A DNA stretch of 63,035 bases, the filler included, from Octopus bimaculoides (lineage: Eukaryota): NCBI RefSeq assembly GCF_001194135.2. It is 5 parts of 4 records of this genome, joined end to end, with 100 filler letters (N's around TTAATTAATTAA, not from the genome) between each part and the next. Parts side by side here need not be neighbours in the genome. Positions count along the whole stretch, not along the records: positions 5,844 to 16,952 come from NC_069002.1; positions 17,053 to 47,416 come from NC_068981.1; 3 more parts are not named here. One strand, written 5' to 3'. Made by a program: the position numbers and the translations under genes. How positions within the stretch are numbered: the stretch's first letter is position 1; every line of letters starts with the position of its first letter. The notes beneath the pieces are model-generated. The model did no database searches, was not told the origin of the DNA, and saw only the letters and a program-made list of their open reading frames with translations. This document shows positions 10,648 through 21,787 of the stretch, piece after piece.

Positions 10648-11040
10648 GCGTAGGAGTGGCTGTGTGGTTAGTAGCTCGCTTACCAACCGCATGGTTCCGG
10701 GTTCAGTCCCACCGCGTGGCACCTTGGGAGTCTTCTACTATAGTCTCGGGCCGACCAAAGCCTTGTGAGTGGATTTGGTAGACGGAAACTGAAAGAAGCC
10801 CGTCGTATATATGTGTATATGTATGTGTGTGTTTGTGTGTCTGTTTGTCCCCCCAACATCGTTTGACAACCGATGCTGGTATGTTTACGTCCTCGTAACA
10901 TAGCGGTTCGGCAAAAGGAACCGATAGAATAAGTACTAGGCTTACAAAGAATAAGTCCTGGGGTCGATTTGCTCGACTAAAAGCGGTGCTCCAGCATGAC
11001 CACAGTCACATGACTGAAACAAGTAAAAGAGTAAAAAGAG
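10646..11040 (+). mobile_element. Full-length SINE family A
   Basis: Runs from aggcgtaggagtggctgtgtgg through ggttcagtccc to gtaaaagagtaaaaagag. Confidence 0.9.
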
Positions 11041-11638
11041 TTATCCTCTACCTAACTATCCACGTGGTTCTAGAAATTCAGAATTGGAATTGATGTCGCT
11101 ACCAAATTGATAACACTATGTAGTCTGCGTTGACCAATAGCAATCCAATNNNNNNNNNNNNNNNNNNNNNNNNNNNNNNNNNNNNNNNNNNNNNNNNNNN
11201 NNNNNNNNNNNNNNNNNNNNNNNNNNNNNNNNNNNNNNNNNNNNNNNNNNNNNNNNNNNNNNNNNNNNNNNNNNNNNNNNNNNNNNNNNNNNNNNNNNNN
11301 NNNNNNNNNNNNNNNNNNNNNNNNNNNNNNNNNNNNNNNNNNNNNNNNNNNNNNNNNNNNNNNNNNNNNNNNNNNNNNNNNNNNNNNNNNNNNNNNNNNN
11401 NNNNNNNNNNNNNNNNNNNNNNNNNNNNNNNNNNNNNNNNNNNNNNNNNNNNNNNNNNNNNNNNNNNNNNNNNNNNNNNNNNNNNNNNNNNNNNNNNNNN
11501 NNNNNNNNNNNNNNNNNNNNNNNNNNNNNNNNNNNNNNNNNNNNNNNNNNNNNNNNNNNNNNNNNNNNNNNNNNNNNNNNNNNNNNNNNNNNNNNNNNNN
11601 NNNNNNNNNNNNNNNNNNNNNNNNNNNNNNNNNNNNNN

Positions 11639-11676
<38 letters not shown>

Positions 11677-12190
11677 ATATTTGTGTATGTAAGAGGTGCA
11701 AGAAACACGAACAAAATTTGAGTACTCGATATGTATAGTAGAATACAGGTAAAAAAGTCACAGGGATTTTGTCTGGATCCCATAAATGAATTGTGACTTT
11801 ATTACTCTGACTTTTTTTTTCCTGTGACTTTATTACCAGTCACTGTATAGTACTGTCATATGATATTAGATGATATAGTCCGTTGGTAATAATTCATCAT
11901 GATTCAAAGTATTATCACCAAGACCCACATGCACATACAAAGTTTAACCGAATACTTCTATGTATTATACAATACCATATCTTTCAGAAGTATTGATATC
12001 ATGACAATGAGAGATATCCGGAAATTTCTATGCCAGTCGCAACTGCAAGGCTGGCAAAACTAAAGATGTAATATGTTGCAAAAGTGTTTACAGAGATAAA
12101 AATGCAAACAACCACCTCTAGAAACAGCAGTAAGGACTGAAGAAGAGCGAGCGAGAATACAACCAAAAAGAAATCAGCTACACTCTAGAG

Positions 12191-12375
12191 CAGTGCTCCG
12201 CAACTTTTTCACTTGTGGTACATTGATGTTCTTTTCAAAATTCGGCGGCACACCTGAAATAAAAATGTAACTAAATGTATAGGGAAAAAAAATTATATTT
12301 AGGTTACACTGCAGCACAGCTAGCATCGTCTCGTGGCACAGCAGTGTGCTGCAGCATACCGGTTGCGGAGCACTG
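12191..12375. mobile_element. hAT (Charlie-like) MITE, 185 bp
   Basis: Perfect 14-bp TIRs CAGTGCTCCGCAAC / GTTGCGGAGCACTG, and an 8-bp TSD CTCTAGAG (12183-12190) / TTCTAGAG (12376-12383) matching the NTCTAGAN target preference. Confidence 0.9.
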
Positions 12376-12459
12376 TTCTAGAGCATTGGTTTTCAACCGA
12401 GGTCCATATGACCCTTGGGGGTCCATTTGATATTTGTAGAGGAGATGGGGGTCTAAATA

Positions 12460-12773
12460 AGGTTTATGCCTCTGATGACTAATGAGGCCGATTCTTACAT
12501 GGAAGCGTCTGTTGCAAAGTTCACATGGAATCTGTGGTAGAGGCTTTGGTTGTTGCAGCCTCCATTTTCTTTCTTGTCGTTTCTCTTCCTCTTTCCTCTG
12601 TCATTCAGCTTCAAAGTGATCTGTCACAGTAGAGATGGAATGATGCCAGCCGGGACTGTCCTGAGCTTCAATGTCCCAGTCAGCTTTAGGCTTTGCTTCA
12701 GTTGATCCTTGTATTGACGGAGGGGACGGCCACGGAGTCTTCTTCCAGTGGAAAGTTCCAGGAGTGGCTTCAT
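12460..12773 (-). mobile_element. RTE-clade LINE, 3' coding fragment
   Basis: Translates to LLELSTGRRLRGRPLRQYKDQLKQSLK and C-terminal IPCELCNRRFHVRIGLISHQRH (C2H2-like), typical of the RTE/BovB-type ORF end. Confidence 0.8.
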
Positions 12774-12936
12774 AGGCGCAGGAGTGGCTGTGTGGTAAGT
12801 AGCTTGCTTACCAACCACATGGTTCCGGGTTCAGTCCCACTGCGTGGCATCTTGGGCAAGTGTCTTCTACTATAGCCTCGGGCCGACCAAAGCCTTGTGA
12901 GTGGATTTGGTAGACGGAAACTGAAAGAAGCCCGTC

Positions 12937-12982
<46 letters not shown>

Positions 12983-13104
12983 AGACCGATAGAATAAGTA
13001 CTAGGCTTACAAAGAATAAGTCCTGGGGTTGATTTGCTCGACTAAAGGCGGTGCTCCAGCATGGCCACAGTCAAATGACTGAAACAAGTAAAAGAGTAAA
13101 AGAG
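12774..13104 (+). mobile_element. SINE family A nested in the RTE element, with an internal deletion after the (TA)n
   Basis: Head and tail are intact; the (TA)n joins directly to agagaccgatag. Confidence 0.9.
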
Positions 13105-13107
13105 ATA

Positions 13108-13395
13108 TAAAATTTGTCGCAGTAGCTGTTGCTTTTCGTTGTCTCCAAAACGGAGACATCGGTCACATAGTCGTTCCATTTAATGGGATGGTATCAAAGG
13201 CCTTTTCGAGGTCGTAGAAAACAAAAGAGAGAGGTTTTTGTTGTTCTCTACTCTTTTCTTGTATCTGTTGAGCACAAAAGATCAGGTTATTGTGATTCGG
13301 GTAGGACTTCCTCCGCTATGATTTGGAGACGATCCAGAAAGAGCCTTGCAGAGATTTTCCCCGCAGTGGCCTCCCTTCTCCATGCCACTGATGTT
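13108..13395 (-). mobile_element. RTE-clade LINE, reverse transcriptase fragment
   Basis: Translates to AGKISARLFLDRLQIIAEEVLPESQ and IFCAQQIQEKSREQQKPLSFVFYDLEKAFDTIP (RT motifs 2-3), internally deleted. Confidence 0.85.
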
Positions 13396-13568
13396 ATCAA
13401 AGCGAAAGGCAAAGGGGCCGATACAGCTTGGCACTTGTGACGTCGCAACTCATTTTTACAGCTGAGTGAACTGGAGCAACGTGAAATAAAGTGTCTTGCT
13501 CAAGAACACAAAACGTAGTTCGGTCCGGGATTAGAACTCACGATCGTAAGCTCAATACTCTAACCACT
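13396..13568 (-). mobile_element. tRNA-derived SINE, family D (partial); a related head lies at ~51175..51290
   Basis: Reverse complement reads tcagtggttagagtattgagc...gtgagttctaatcccc...gtgttcttgagcaagacacttta (A/B boxes plus a CORE/Deu-like block). Confidence 0.6.
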
Positions 13569-14354
13569 GATATGCATCTATATACACATGTAGATGTAAG
13601 TATGTACATATATGTGTGTATACATGCATATACATTCTTTGTATTATTNNNNNNNNNNNNNNNNNNNNNNNNNNNNNNNNNNNNNNNNNNNNNNNNNNNN
13701 NNNNNNNNNNNNNNNNNNNNNNNNNNNNNNNNNNNNNNNNNNNNNNNNNNNNNNNNNNNNNNNNNNNNNNNNNNNNNNNNNNNNNNNNNNNNNNNNNNNN
13801 NNNNNNNNNNNNNNNNNNNNNNNNNNNNNNNNNNNNNNNNNNNNNNNNNNNNNNNNNNNNNNNNNNNNNNNNNNNNNNNNNNNNNNNNNNNNNNNNNNNN
13901 NNNNNNNNNNNNNNNNNNNNNNNNNNNNNNNNNNNNNNNNNNNNNNNNNNNNNNNNNNNNNNNNNNNNNNNNNNNNNNNNNNNNNNNNNNNNNNNNNNNN
14001 NNNNNNNNNNNNNNNNNNNNNNNNNNNNNNNNNNNNNNNNNNNNNNNNNNNNNNNNNNNNNNNNNNNNNNNNNNNNNNNNNNNNNNNNNNNNNNNNNNNN
14101 NNNNNNNNNNNNNNNNNNNNNNNNNNNNNNNNNNNNNNNNNNNNNNNNNNNNNNNNNNNNNNNNNNNNNNNNNNNNNNNNNNNNNNNNNNNNNNNNNNNN
14201 NNNNTATGTCTGCGCGCGCACAAATACATACACACACACAGACACATTCACACACGATGTGTTTTTGTTGAACTGAAATTATCTTTGTTCTTAGAGAAGG
14301 TAAAACAAACGCCTGCTGGCAGTTTTGACCAATTTCAAATAAAAAAAAAAGTAA

Positions 14355-14880
14355 ATGTGGTAAGATTTCTTTCTAGCTACATGGTTCCGGGTTCAATTCC
14401 ACTGCCTGGCGCTTTGGGAAGAGGTACCTTTTACTTATAGGGTCCGTCTGACCAAAGTCTCGTGAGTAGATTTGGCAGACGGAAACTGAAAGAAGCCCGT
14501 CATATATATATAATACAAATGGTATGAGAGCATATGCATATATACATACATATATGTACATACCTACATCTGCATGTATATATAGATGCATATCCGGTAC
14601 AGGACGTCAAAAAAGGAACGGGAACATAAACAAGGCACAAAAAACGAACTTTTTTTACGGACATATATGTGTGTGTGTGTTTGTGTTCGTTTGTTCCCCG
14701 CCCCACCATAGCTTGACAACCGATGTTGGTGTGTTTACATCCCCGTAACTTAACGGTTCGGCAAAAGTTACCGATAGGCTTACAAAGAAAAACCCTGGGT
14801 TCGATTTCTTCGACTAAAACCCTTTAAGGCGGTGCTCCAGCATGGCTGCAGTCATATGATTGAAACAAAGGAATAAAAGA
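14355..14880 (+). mobile_element. Diverged SINE family A, with another repeat nested in its microsatellite
   Basis: Family A head and tail are present; 14515..14660 is a reverse copy of the 6150..6300 repeat. Confidence 0.8.
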
Positions 14881-15294
14881 ATATCTAGAATCAAGAATTC
14901 ATTGGAGCTAACATGCCATTTTAAGCGTCATTAGCAAAGAAATCCGTCTGGTTTAAAGTGGCTTACTGACACGCTTCAGCCTTGAGGCCACGGACAGGCT
15001 GTCCTCCTTTTTCTATCTTGTATATCGCTACTATAATGGTCTCTTTTCATCAGAACTGGCCGGGCCTTGCCACATCAAGTAGACCCACCCTGTTCTTTCG
15101 CCACCTCCTCCTCTGACGATTCCTGCCACGTCTAAGTCTCTCCTTCCGAAAATGCCGGTTCTTTCGACTTCATTCCTAGCTCATATCTTTCCTGCTGGTG
15201 TAGATTTACAGAGGTTCAATCTTACCGGTCTCAGAAGGCCTGCAAAGATTTCGGATGTTACCGCTTCTGCAAAACCTCTCTCTGTCTCTGTCTC

Positions 15295-15335
<41 letters not shown>

Positions 15336-15892
15336 ATACACACACACACACACACAGCCATACATTAATGCATACATATACGCTTACAAAAAAATGACTG
15401 AAACAAAAAACTGTAAAAGAAATGGTTTTTGTGTAAGGTGAACAAAGAAACTAAGAAAAAGAAATGAAAATTATGGAGAGGAGAATGAGAGAAGAAATAA
15501 ACGAATAAGGGACACATAAAGGGGGGAGAGAGAGAGATACAGAGAAATATAGAGTAACAAAGACATAAAAAGTGAGTGAGAGAGGGAGCGATTTAGTAAG
15601 AGATGTAAAGACAGAGAGAAAGAGGGAGATAGAATGAGAAAGGTAAAAGAGATAAGACAGTGAGAATAGTGGTGGGAGGAAAGAGTGATGACAGACGACA
15701 AAAAAAAAAAAATGTAAGCGGAAAACTGAGTAACAGACGTCAATATAAAAGTCAGCTATTTTGACTGATTTGGCTATAAAATGTCTGCAAGAACACAACT
15801 TTCATTTCAATGACTGGGAACAGGTTTAAAGAAATGGTAGAACGACTTTAAAAGCTGTTCACAACGAAGAGGACATATGAAGGAAAGTTTCA

Positions 15893-16317
15893 TACTCTTG
15901 TACTCTTTTATTTGTTTCAGTGATTTGACTGTGGCCATGCTGGAGCACCGCCTTTAGTCGAGCAAATCGACCCCAGGACTTATTCTTTTAGAAGCCTAGT
16001 ACTTATTCTATCGGTTTCTTTTGCCGAACCGCTAGGTTACGGGGACATAAACACACCAGCATCGATTGTCAAGCGATGTTGGGGGGGGGGACAAACACAG
16101 ACACACAAACACACACACATACATACATATATATATATATATACACATATATACGACGGGCTTCTTTCAGTTTCCGTCTACCAAATCCACTCACAAGGCT
16201 TTGGTCGGCCCGAGGCTATAGTAGAAGACACTTGCCCAAGATGCCACGCAGTGGGACTGAACCCGGGACCATGTGGTTGGTAAGCAAGCTACTTACCACA
16301 CAGCCACTCCTACGCCT
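15893..16317 (-). mobile_element. Full-length SINE family A
   Basis: Reverse complement of 10646..11040 with few differences. Confidence 0.9.
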
Positions 16318-16436
16318 ATGATAGAAAATATTTTACTGATAAATTTTTTACGGTAAAAGTTTGGTATTATGGAAAAGACACGCAAATAGACATACTGATG
16401 TGTATGTGTGATTATCTATCTATCTATCTATCTATA

Positions 16437-16952
16437 GGGGATTAGTGGAGGGGAGGTACGACGACGAACTCGGGGCAAACCTGGGCGTCGACGAGGAATA
16501 CCTGACCNNNNNNNNNNCGGGGCAAACCTGGGCGTCGACGAGGAATACCTGACCCGCCTCTTCAAGACGACTTTCGGGCTGGGACCTATGGACAACTTCC
16601 AGAGATCCCTGAACGGGCAGCGCTACCCGTTCGGGATAAGCTCTACCGACATGGCTCGAGAAATACGGGGCCGACCTGCCTGAGATGCGATCAGAGCGAC
16701 GAAACCGTCCTGCACGCACTCGTACAGTGTCCAACCATTTCCGACCTGTGGGCCTATATCGAATGACTGCTATCGCGTGTGGGACGACTCGGCTTATCAA
16801 CCAAGTCTATCGTGAATATTGTCGCGCCTCCTTCCTTTAAACGAGAAGGAAGAGCTATTTTCATCGTACTTGTGGCTATGGCGAAAGAATGTGTATGGTG
16901 GACGCGTCTGAAAGGTCTAGAGACTCGTGCAGTGTCCAACCATTTCCGACCT
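16437..16952 (+). mobile_element. Tx1/L1-group non-LTR retrotransposon, ORF2 C-terminal (zf-RVT-like) fragment
   Basis: Translates to LPVRDKLYRHGSRNTGPTCLRCDQSDETVLHALVQCPTISDLWAYIE*LLSRVG...AKECVWWTR, with a CxxC-x8-H-x4-C knuckle. GC-rich relative to the flanks. Confidence 0.8.
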
Positions 16953-18189
16953 NNNNNNNNNNNNNNNNNNNNNNNNNNNNNNNNNNNNNNNNNNNNTTAA
17001 TTAATTAANNNNNNNNNNNNNNNNNNNNNNNNNNNNNNNNNNNNNNNNNNNNTATATATATATATATCAGCTGCCCCACGGATATCATTATGGTTTCGAC
17101 ACCTGGGCAGTACCATTCAATCCAGCATCATTCACAGCGCTAAAATAAGTGTTGCTTGAGAAGAAACATACCTCAGATATTGCCACATTCATTCAATTTA
17201 AATTCTAGGATTAAACCCTAATATTATTAGTTAAATTACAAGAAAGAATACACATTATCGGTAAAAATTATTCTATAAGTTGACCTATAACTAACTCCTA
17301 AATAATTTAACTAAATAGCAACCTAGCCCTTGAAGTCCTTAGATAGTATTCCCACCAGTTTTCCATAATTATTAGTTTAAAAGTGAAAGCTGTTATATTA
17401 TATTCTTTCCAACACAAAACAAACATGATTGAACTTAACTAATAATATTACTAATTCTAAGTGAATTACACTATTCCATAACCTAAAAGTTAATTAGAAA
17501 ATTACTATCTTTAAATCTCACAATGAGAGATATTCTGCAACAGTAATTTGGAGTAAAGAATTTTGCCAACATAACATAGCAGTCCTGTTGTGAGATTTAA
17601 AAATAGTAATTTTCTGATTTATAGATCGGTAACTAGTTGTCACTTTGAAAATTATTAATTTCGAACAGGAATTTGGCAGCGCCACCTCTAGCCACACAAA
17701 TATTCTGTGCTGGTGAAGGAAATTAACCCGGAAATCGCGATACACTGATATTGTTTTGAACTGAGTGGGGATGCTAGATTATCTTGTTCGAAAATATAAG
17801 GACACAGATCGTGTCATATACCCAGCTGGAGACGATTCTCCTGGGACTAAATTACAGCAACATTCGTCCTAAACCAGGGAAACCATGTTATGTTGGCAAA
17901 AATTTTTACTGTAAAATTTAATAATTAAAATGCTCCATTTCAATTAAATATTCGTTATCCTAACATGTTTTAATGTTAGACTTATACCAGTAATTTAATA
18001 GATAATACTAAAATATCCTTATTAAATCAGAAACTTATAAATGAATACCTATAATTAACAAGTATTATTAAAAACTTTGTTACGATTAAAGCTAAATATA
18101 TAACTGTTTACAAGATAATATGAAATATAATGTATTACCACTTACATGTTGTCTGGACACACGAGGTTCAAGTCACCTATTTTCTAAAA

Positions 18190-18312
18190 TGTGTTTAACT
18201 ATTTAGTGGCGTGATACGTAGTCCACAACTTTCTCAGATGTCTTAACTATTTGGTGATGCAGTGCGTAGTCTACTACTTTCTGAAATGCCTTTTACTATT
18301 TTGGTAAAGTAG
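18190..18312. repeat. ~48-bp tandem repeat, about 2.5 diverged copies, downstream of the Naiad ORF
   Basis: aactatttagtggcgtgatacgtagtccacaactttctcagatgtctt / aactatttggtgatgcagtgcgtagtctactactttctgaaatgcctt / tactattttggta. Confidence 0.75.
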
Positions 18313-18344
18313 TAAGCAATTAGAATGACTTGGAATCAGTCAAA

Positions 18345-21173
18345 ATATGGATAATTTACAATCCAAATCATTAGACGTTTGCAAATATCCACTAAGTTGA
18401 AGGCTAAATATTAAACCATATTTATTTAAAATTTCCGCTTTCCTAGCTAAACAGTGATTCAGCGTTTTAAGTAATTTACCATATCTATACATTTGTTCTA
18501 CTCTTTCTAAAAATCAATTAGCATTATTTATAATAGTGCCATCCCTGATAATCTGGCCTGAACAAAAAAACCATGACCTATAAAAGAATGTATTCTACTA
18601 CTGAACTATGGCATTGAAGCTACTTGGAAACCGAAATCGTCTGTTTTATTATAAATGTCAGTACATAGCTCATTATTATTTTTAATTACTAAATTTACAT
18701 CTATATGATAAATATCCTTTATATTATTACCATGTATGGTGGCCTTAATCTCACTAGGGTACATTTTTATAAGTAAATATTCAAAGAAAGTATAATTAGG
18801 TATAAATATATCATCTGTGTATCTGCAGCATCCAATAAATGGTTTAAGCAAACTGAGTTTTGTCTTCGCACATCGGTCTTTAAGAAAAAGGAACTTGTAT
18901 GAAGAAAGATAATGGTCCACCAATAGAAGGCTACAATTGCCAACCATTGGAATTCCTCTAACCTGCTCAAATACCCTACTCGCAATTACTACAAACGAAT
19001 TATTAATAAGTAAACTAACCATCTGCTTAATTTTCCATAGGAAAATACCTTAGGAATGAGAACCCCGGCTCGAAATTTCCCCAAGACGCCTGGAGAAGAC
19101 TGGAGTGTATATTAGCAGAAACGTTGTGTTAAATACAAACAAAATGAGGACAAATATCCGTCAAATGTAAATAATGAAAATATACATCTTTATCCTTTAT
19201 CAAATATATCTAATATACTAAAAATACTTTCTTCTACACATTTAAAATTTAAGTTTGTATATAGCGTCGAAAAATCGTACACATACTTACTCTTAACCTT
19301 CTTGCTTTTAATCAGTCTAACCAGAAATTCCGTTGTTGATTTAATGCTCTAAAAATAATTCATTTCCGAACTCTTATAAATTTTATCGCAATATTTTTTT
19401 TTAAATATGTTCTAACTACCTTTAAAGCATCATTAACCAATATACATAGCTGTTTATTTGTACAATTACTAGCTCCTGCTATGAATTTACTTTTAAGAGG
19501 AACTTTATGTAGTTTAGGAATCCAAAAATGTTTAGGGATATTTTTATCCTGTTCTTCCACTTCTCAATCACTCAATCGTTCTACTGTGGGTATAAGTCTA
19601 TTAACTATCTCATTAACGTTATCCCGTATAACTTTATCTATGTTATTACCTTTAAACGTAATTTATTTATCTACACCTTACTCCTCCCCTACAACCAGCA
19701 AATAATATTTTTCACAAATTACAACAAAATTCCTTGCTGCTTTATTCACTGCTTTCTCATATAATTCATTTATATACGCTTTCACTAGTGGTTTATTCAA
19801 AACTGAATCTTTCCCTATCCACTTATATTTATTTATATGCTTCAATAGCACATAAGTTAATTTGCCAACCCAGCTATTGATCTCCTCCAATTTAAATTTA
19901 TATTTAAGATTTAATTTAACTATGAAATATTTAATGGCATTTAATATAACTTACTTTAAATTTTATTTACTAATTTTACCTTGTTTCTTATATTTTTCCC
20001 TCTGCTTATAATCTCCTTTAGTTCTTCATTTTAAATAATATCTAAATATCTTTTATAAACGACGCCTATTCTTTTATAACAAAATTTCGAATTGTTACGT
20101 TTACGATCTCTAGATATATTTCTTTAAAACTTTCGAGACTTACTTTTAATAGGAGCTTATTATAATCAAATAAGGTACTACTTATCTTCTTATCAAGCTT
20201 ATAACAAATGTTGACCTTTATATGTCTAACATTTTCCGGCAAAATGTTTTTGGATCTTTTTTTCTTTTCTAATTACATTACCTAAGTTAACATCATCAAT
20301 GAAGTTAACATATGGCATCTTTAAATATTCAAATTTTACATAATTAGATTTCACTTTAGCTGCATTTATTAACATGTTACAAAATCTATTCACTAAAAAT
20401 CTAACTTCAGATAACTCTCTATAGCATATATCCATTATTTCTTTATGTTTTGCATCAGAACACTCTCTTAACATTACATAAGAAACATAATATTGTTTCT
20501 TTATATACAACTCATTAAGTTTAGCCCAAACCAATGAGAGATCCTTTCTGATCTTATTTCTGTTCTAAATCCTACGTCCATGGCGACGGTTCTTTCTAAC
20601 TACTGGTAGTGAGAAATATATTCCTCCTGTATCATTAACACTAGAGATATTCCATACAGCTAAAATGTTATCATTAAGGCCTAGAGGGTATGCGCTACAT
20701 AACACCTTAGTCCAAAGCCACTCTTCTTCTAAAAGTTTCTGTCTAATATTATCCACACTGCTATTCATTTGACCAATTATCTGAATTTTACAGTTTTTAA
20801 ACCCTAAGCTATGCTCTCTAAAGTGTTCGTAAATTTTAAGCTTACTACCTAATGTAAATTGTTGTCTATGAGCATTCAGACGTTGATGTAATTCCTGAGT
20901 AGTTTGCACTACATAGTGTACACCACATTGATCACAGCTAATCAAATAAATTACGTTGCTAGCTTTACAACTTAACTCTAAATTATTATTACTAATAAAC
21001 TTACCTGTAATCTTACCGCTAAAATCTTTATTATCTATAAAAACTTTAGTACATAAACAATTCTTCTTACCACATTTACTTACATGACTATTACAACTAG
21101 ATGTAGATACGTGGTCGTTATTTTCATTATTATTATATTTGTTAAGCCAATTTCTTCTTTGCAGTTGTTCTCT
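18345..21173 (-). mobile_element. Naiad-type Penelope-like element (N-terminal GIY-YIG, C-terminal RT), decayed
   Basis: In 5'->3' order: KCGKKNCLC...SCKASNVIYLISCDQCGVHYVVQTTQELHQRLNAH (EN); linker; VNKAARNFVVICEKYY; FWIPKLHKVPLKSKFIAGASNCTNKQL; YDFSTLYTNL; RGIPMVGNCS; RYTDD; YNKTDDFGF; SGQIIR (thumb). Multiple stops and frameshifts. Confidence 0.88.
19052..19177 (+). mobile_element. Short insertion carrying a degenerate hammerhead motif (PLE pseudo-LTR-like), nested antisense in the Naiad RT
   Basis: It interrupts the RT between motif A (DFSTLYT) and motif B (GIPM) and contains gacgc-CTGGAGA-a-gactg-gagtgtatat-tagca-GAAA-cgtt-gtgtt at 19085..19130. Confidence 0.65.
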
Positions 21174-21412
21174 TCAGTTATCAATAATCTACTCTAAACG
21201 GCTCAAATTAGAGTGGAGCAACGAGCTGCCAGGAATATTTTAATGAGGGGCTATCTCATCCAGTGCGTGTTAACTGGTATAATCTTTGTATAAAGAGATT
21301 TCCTATTTTTACTAGGTTTGCCTAACGATCTGGCTTACAGCTCTTCTAAATCTTATAACTGGATCAAAACATGTATATATATATATATGTATATATATAT
21401 ATGTATATATAC

Positions 21413-21787
21413 ATGGCTCAGGTTAAGGACTACAGCGTGGCACTTTGGACAAGTCTCTTCTACTATTGTTTTGGGTCGATCAAAAATGTGTTTGTGTATC
21501 TGGTGACGGAAACTGAAAAAGAACAGGTGTATATATCTGTGTATGTGTGTATGTGCATGTGCACGTGTGTGTAAGTGTGCCCTTGTGTGTATGTTTGTGT
21601 GTGATTGTGTGTGTGGATGTCCCCGCCCTCGCCTTGACAGCCGGTTTAGGTATGTTTCTTTCCGCTCAACTTTGTGGCACGGTGAAGGAGGTCAATAAAA
21701 TAAATATCAGGTTTTAACCAATGAGTGCTGGATTCTTCCGACTAAACACGCCTGGCCGTGCCCCAGCATGCATGACTGCTGTGTCCA
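21413..21787 (+). mobile_element. Diverged SINE family A-related copy
   Basis: gcgtggcactttggacaagtctcttctactat...gacggaaactgaaaaagaac...(TG)n...gtgccccagcatg. Confidence 0.7.

Noticed and set aside
15000-15275. GC-richer tract with CTGATGA on the minus strand
   Set aside because: No stem II or properly placed GAAA, and no recognisable protein in any frame; left unassigned.
15725-15885. Possible mariner 3' end
   Set aside because: Only faint peptide resemblance, too degraded to support.
21174-21176. In-frame TGA upstream of the Naiad EN as a possible selenocysteine
   Set aside because: It is not at a conserved Cys position, a TAG lies five codons further upstream, and no SECIS was seen.
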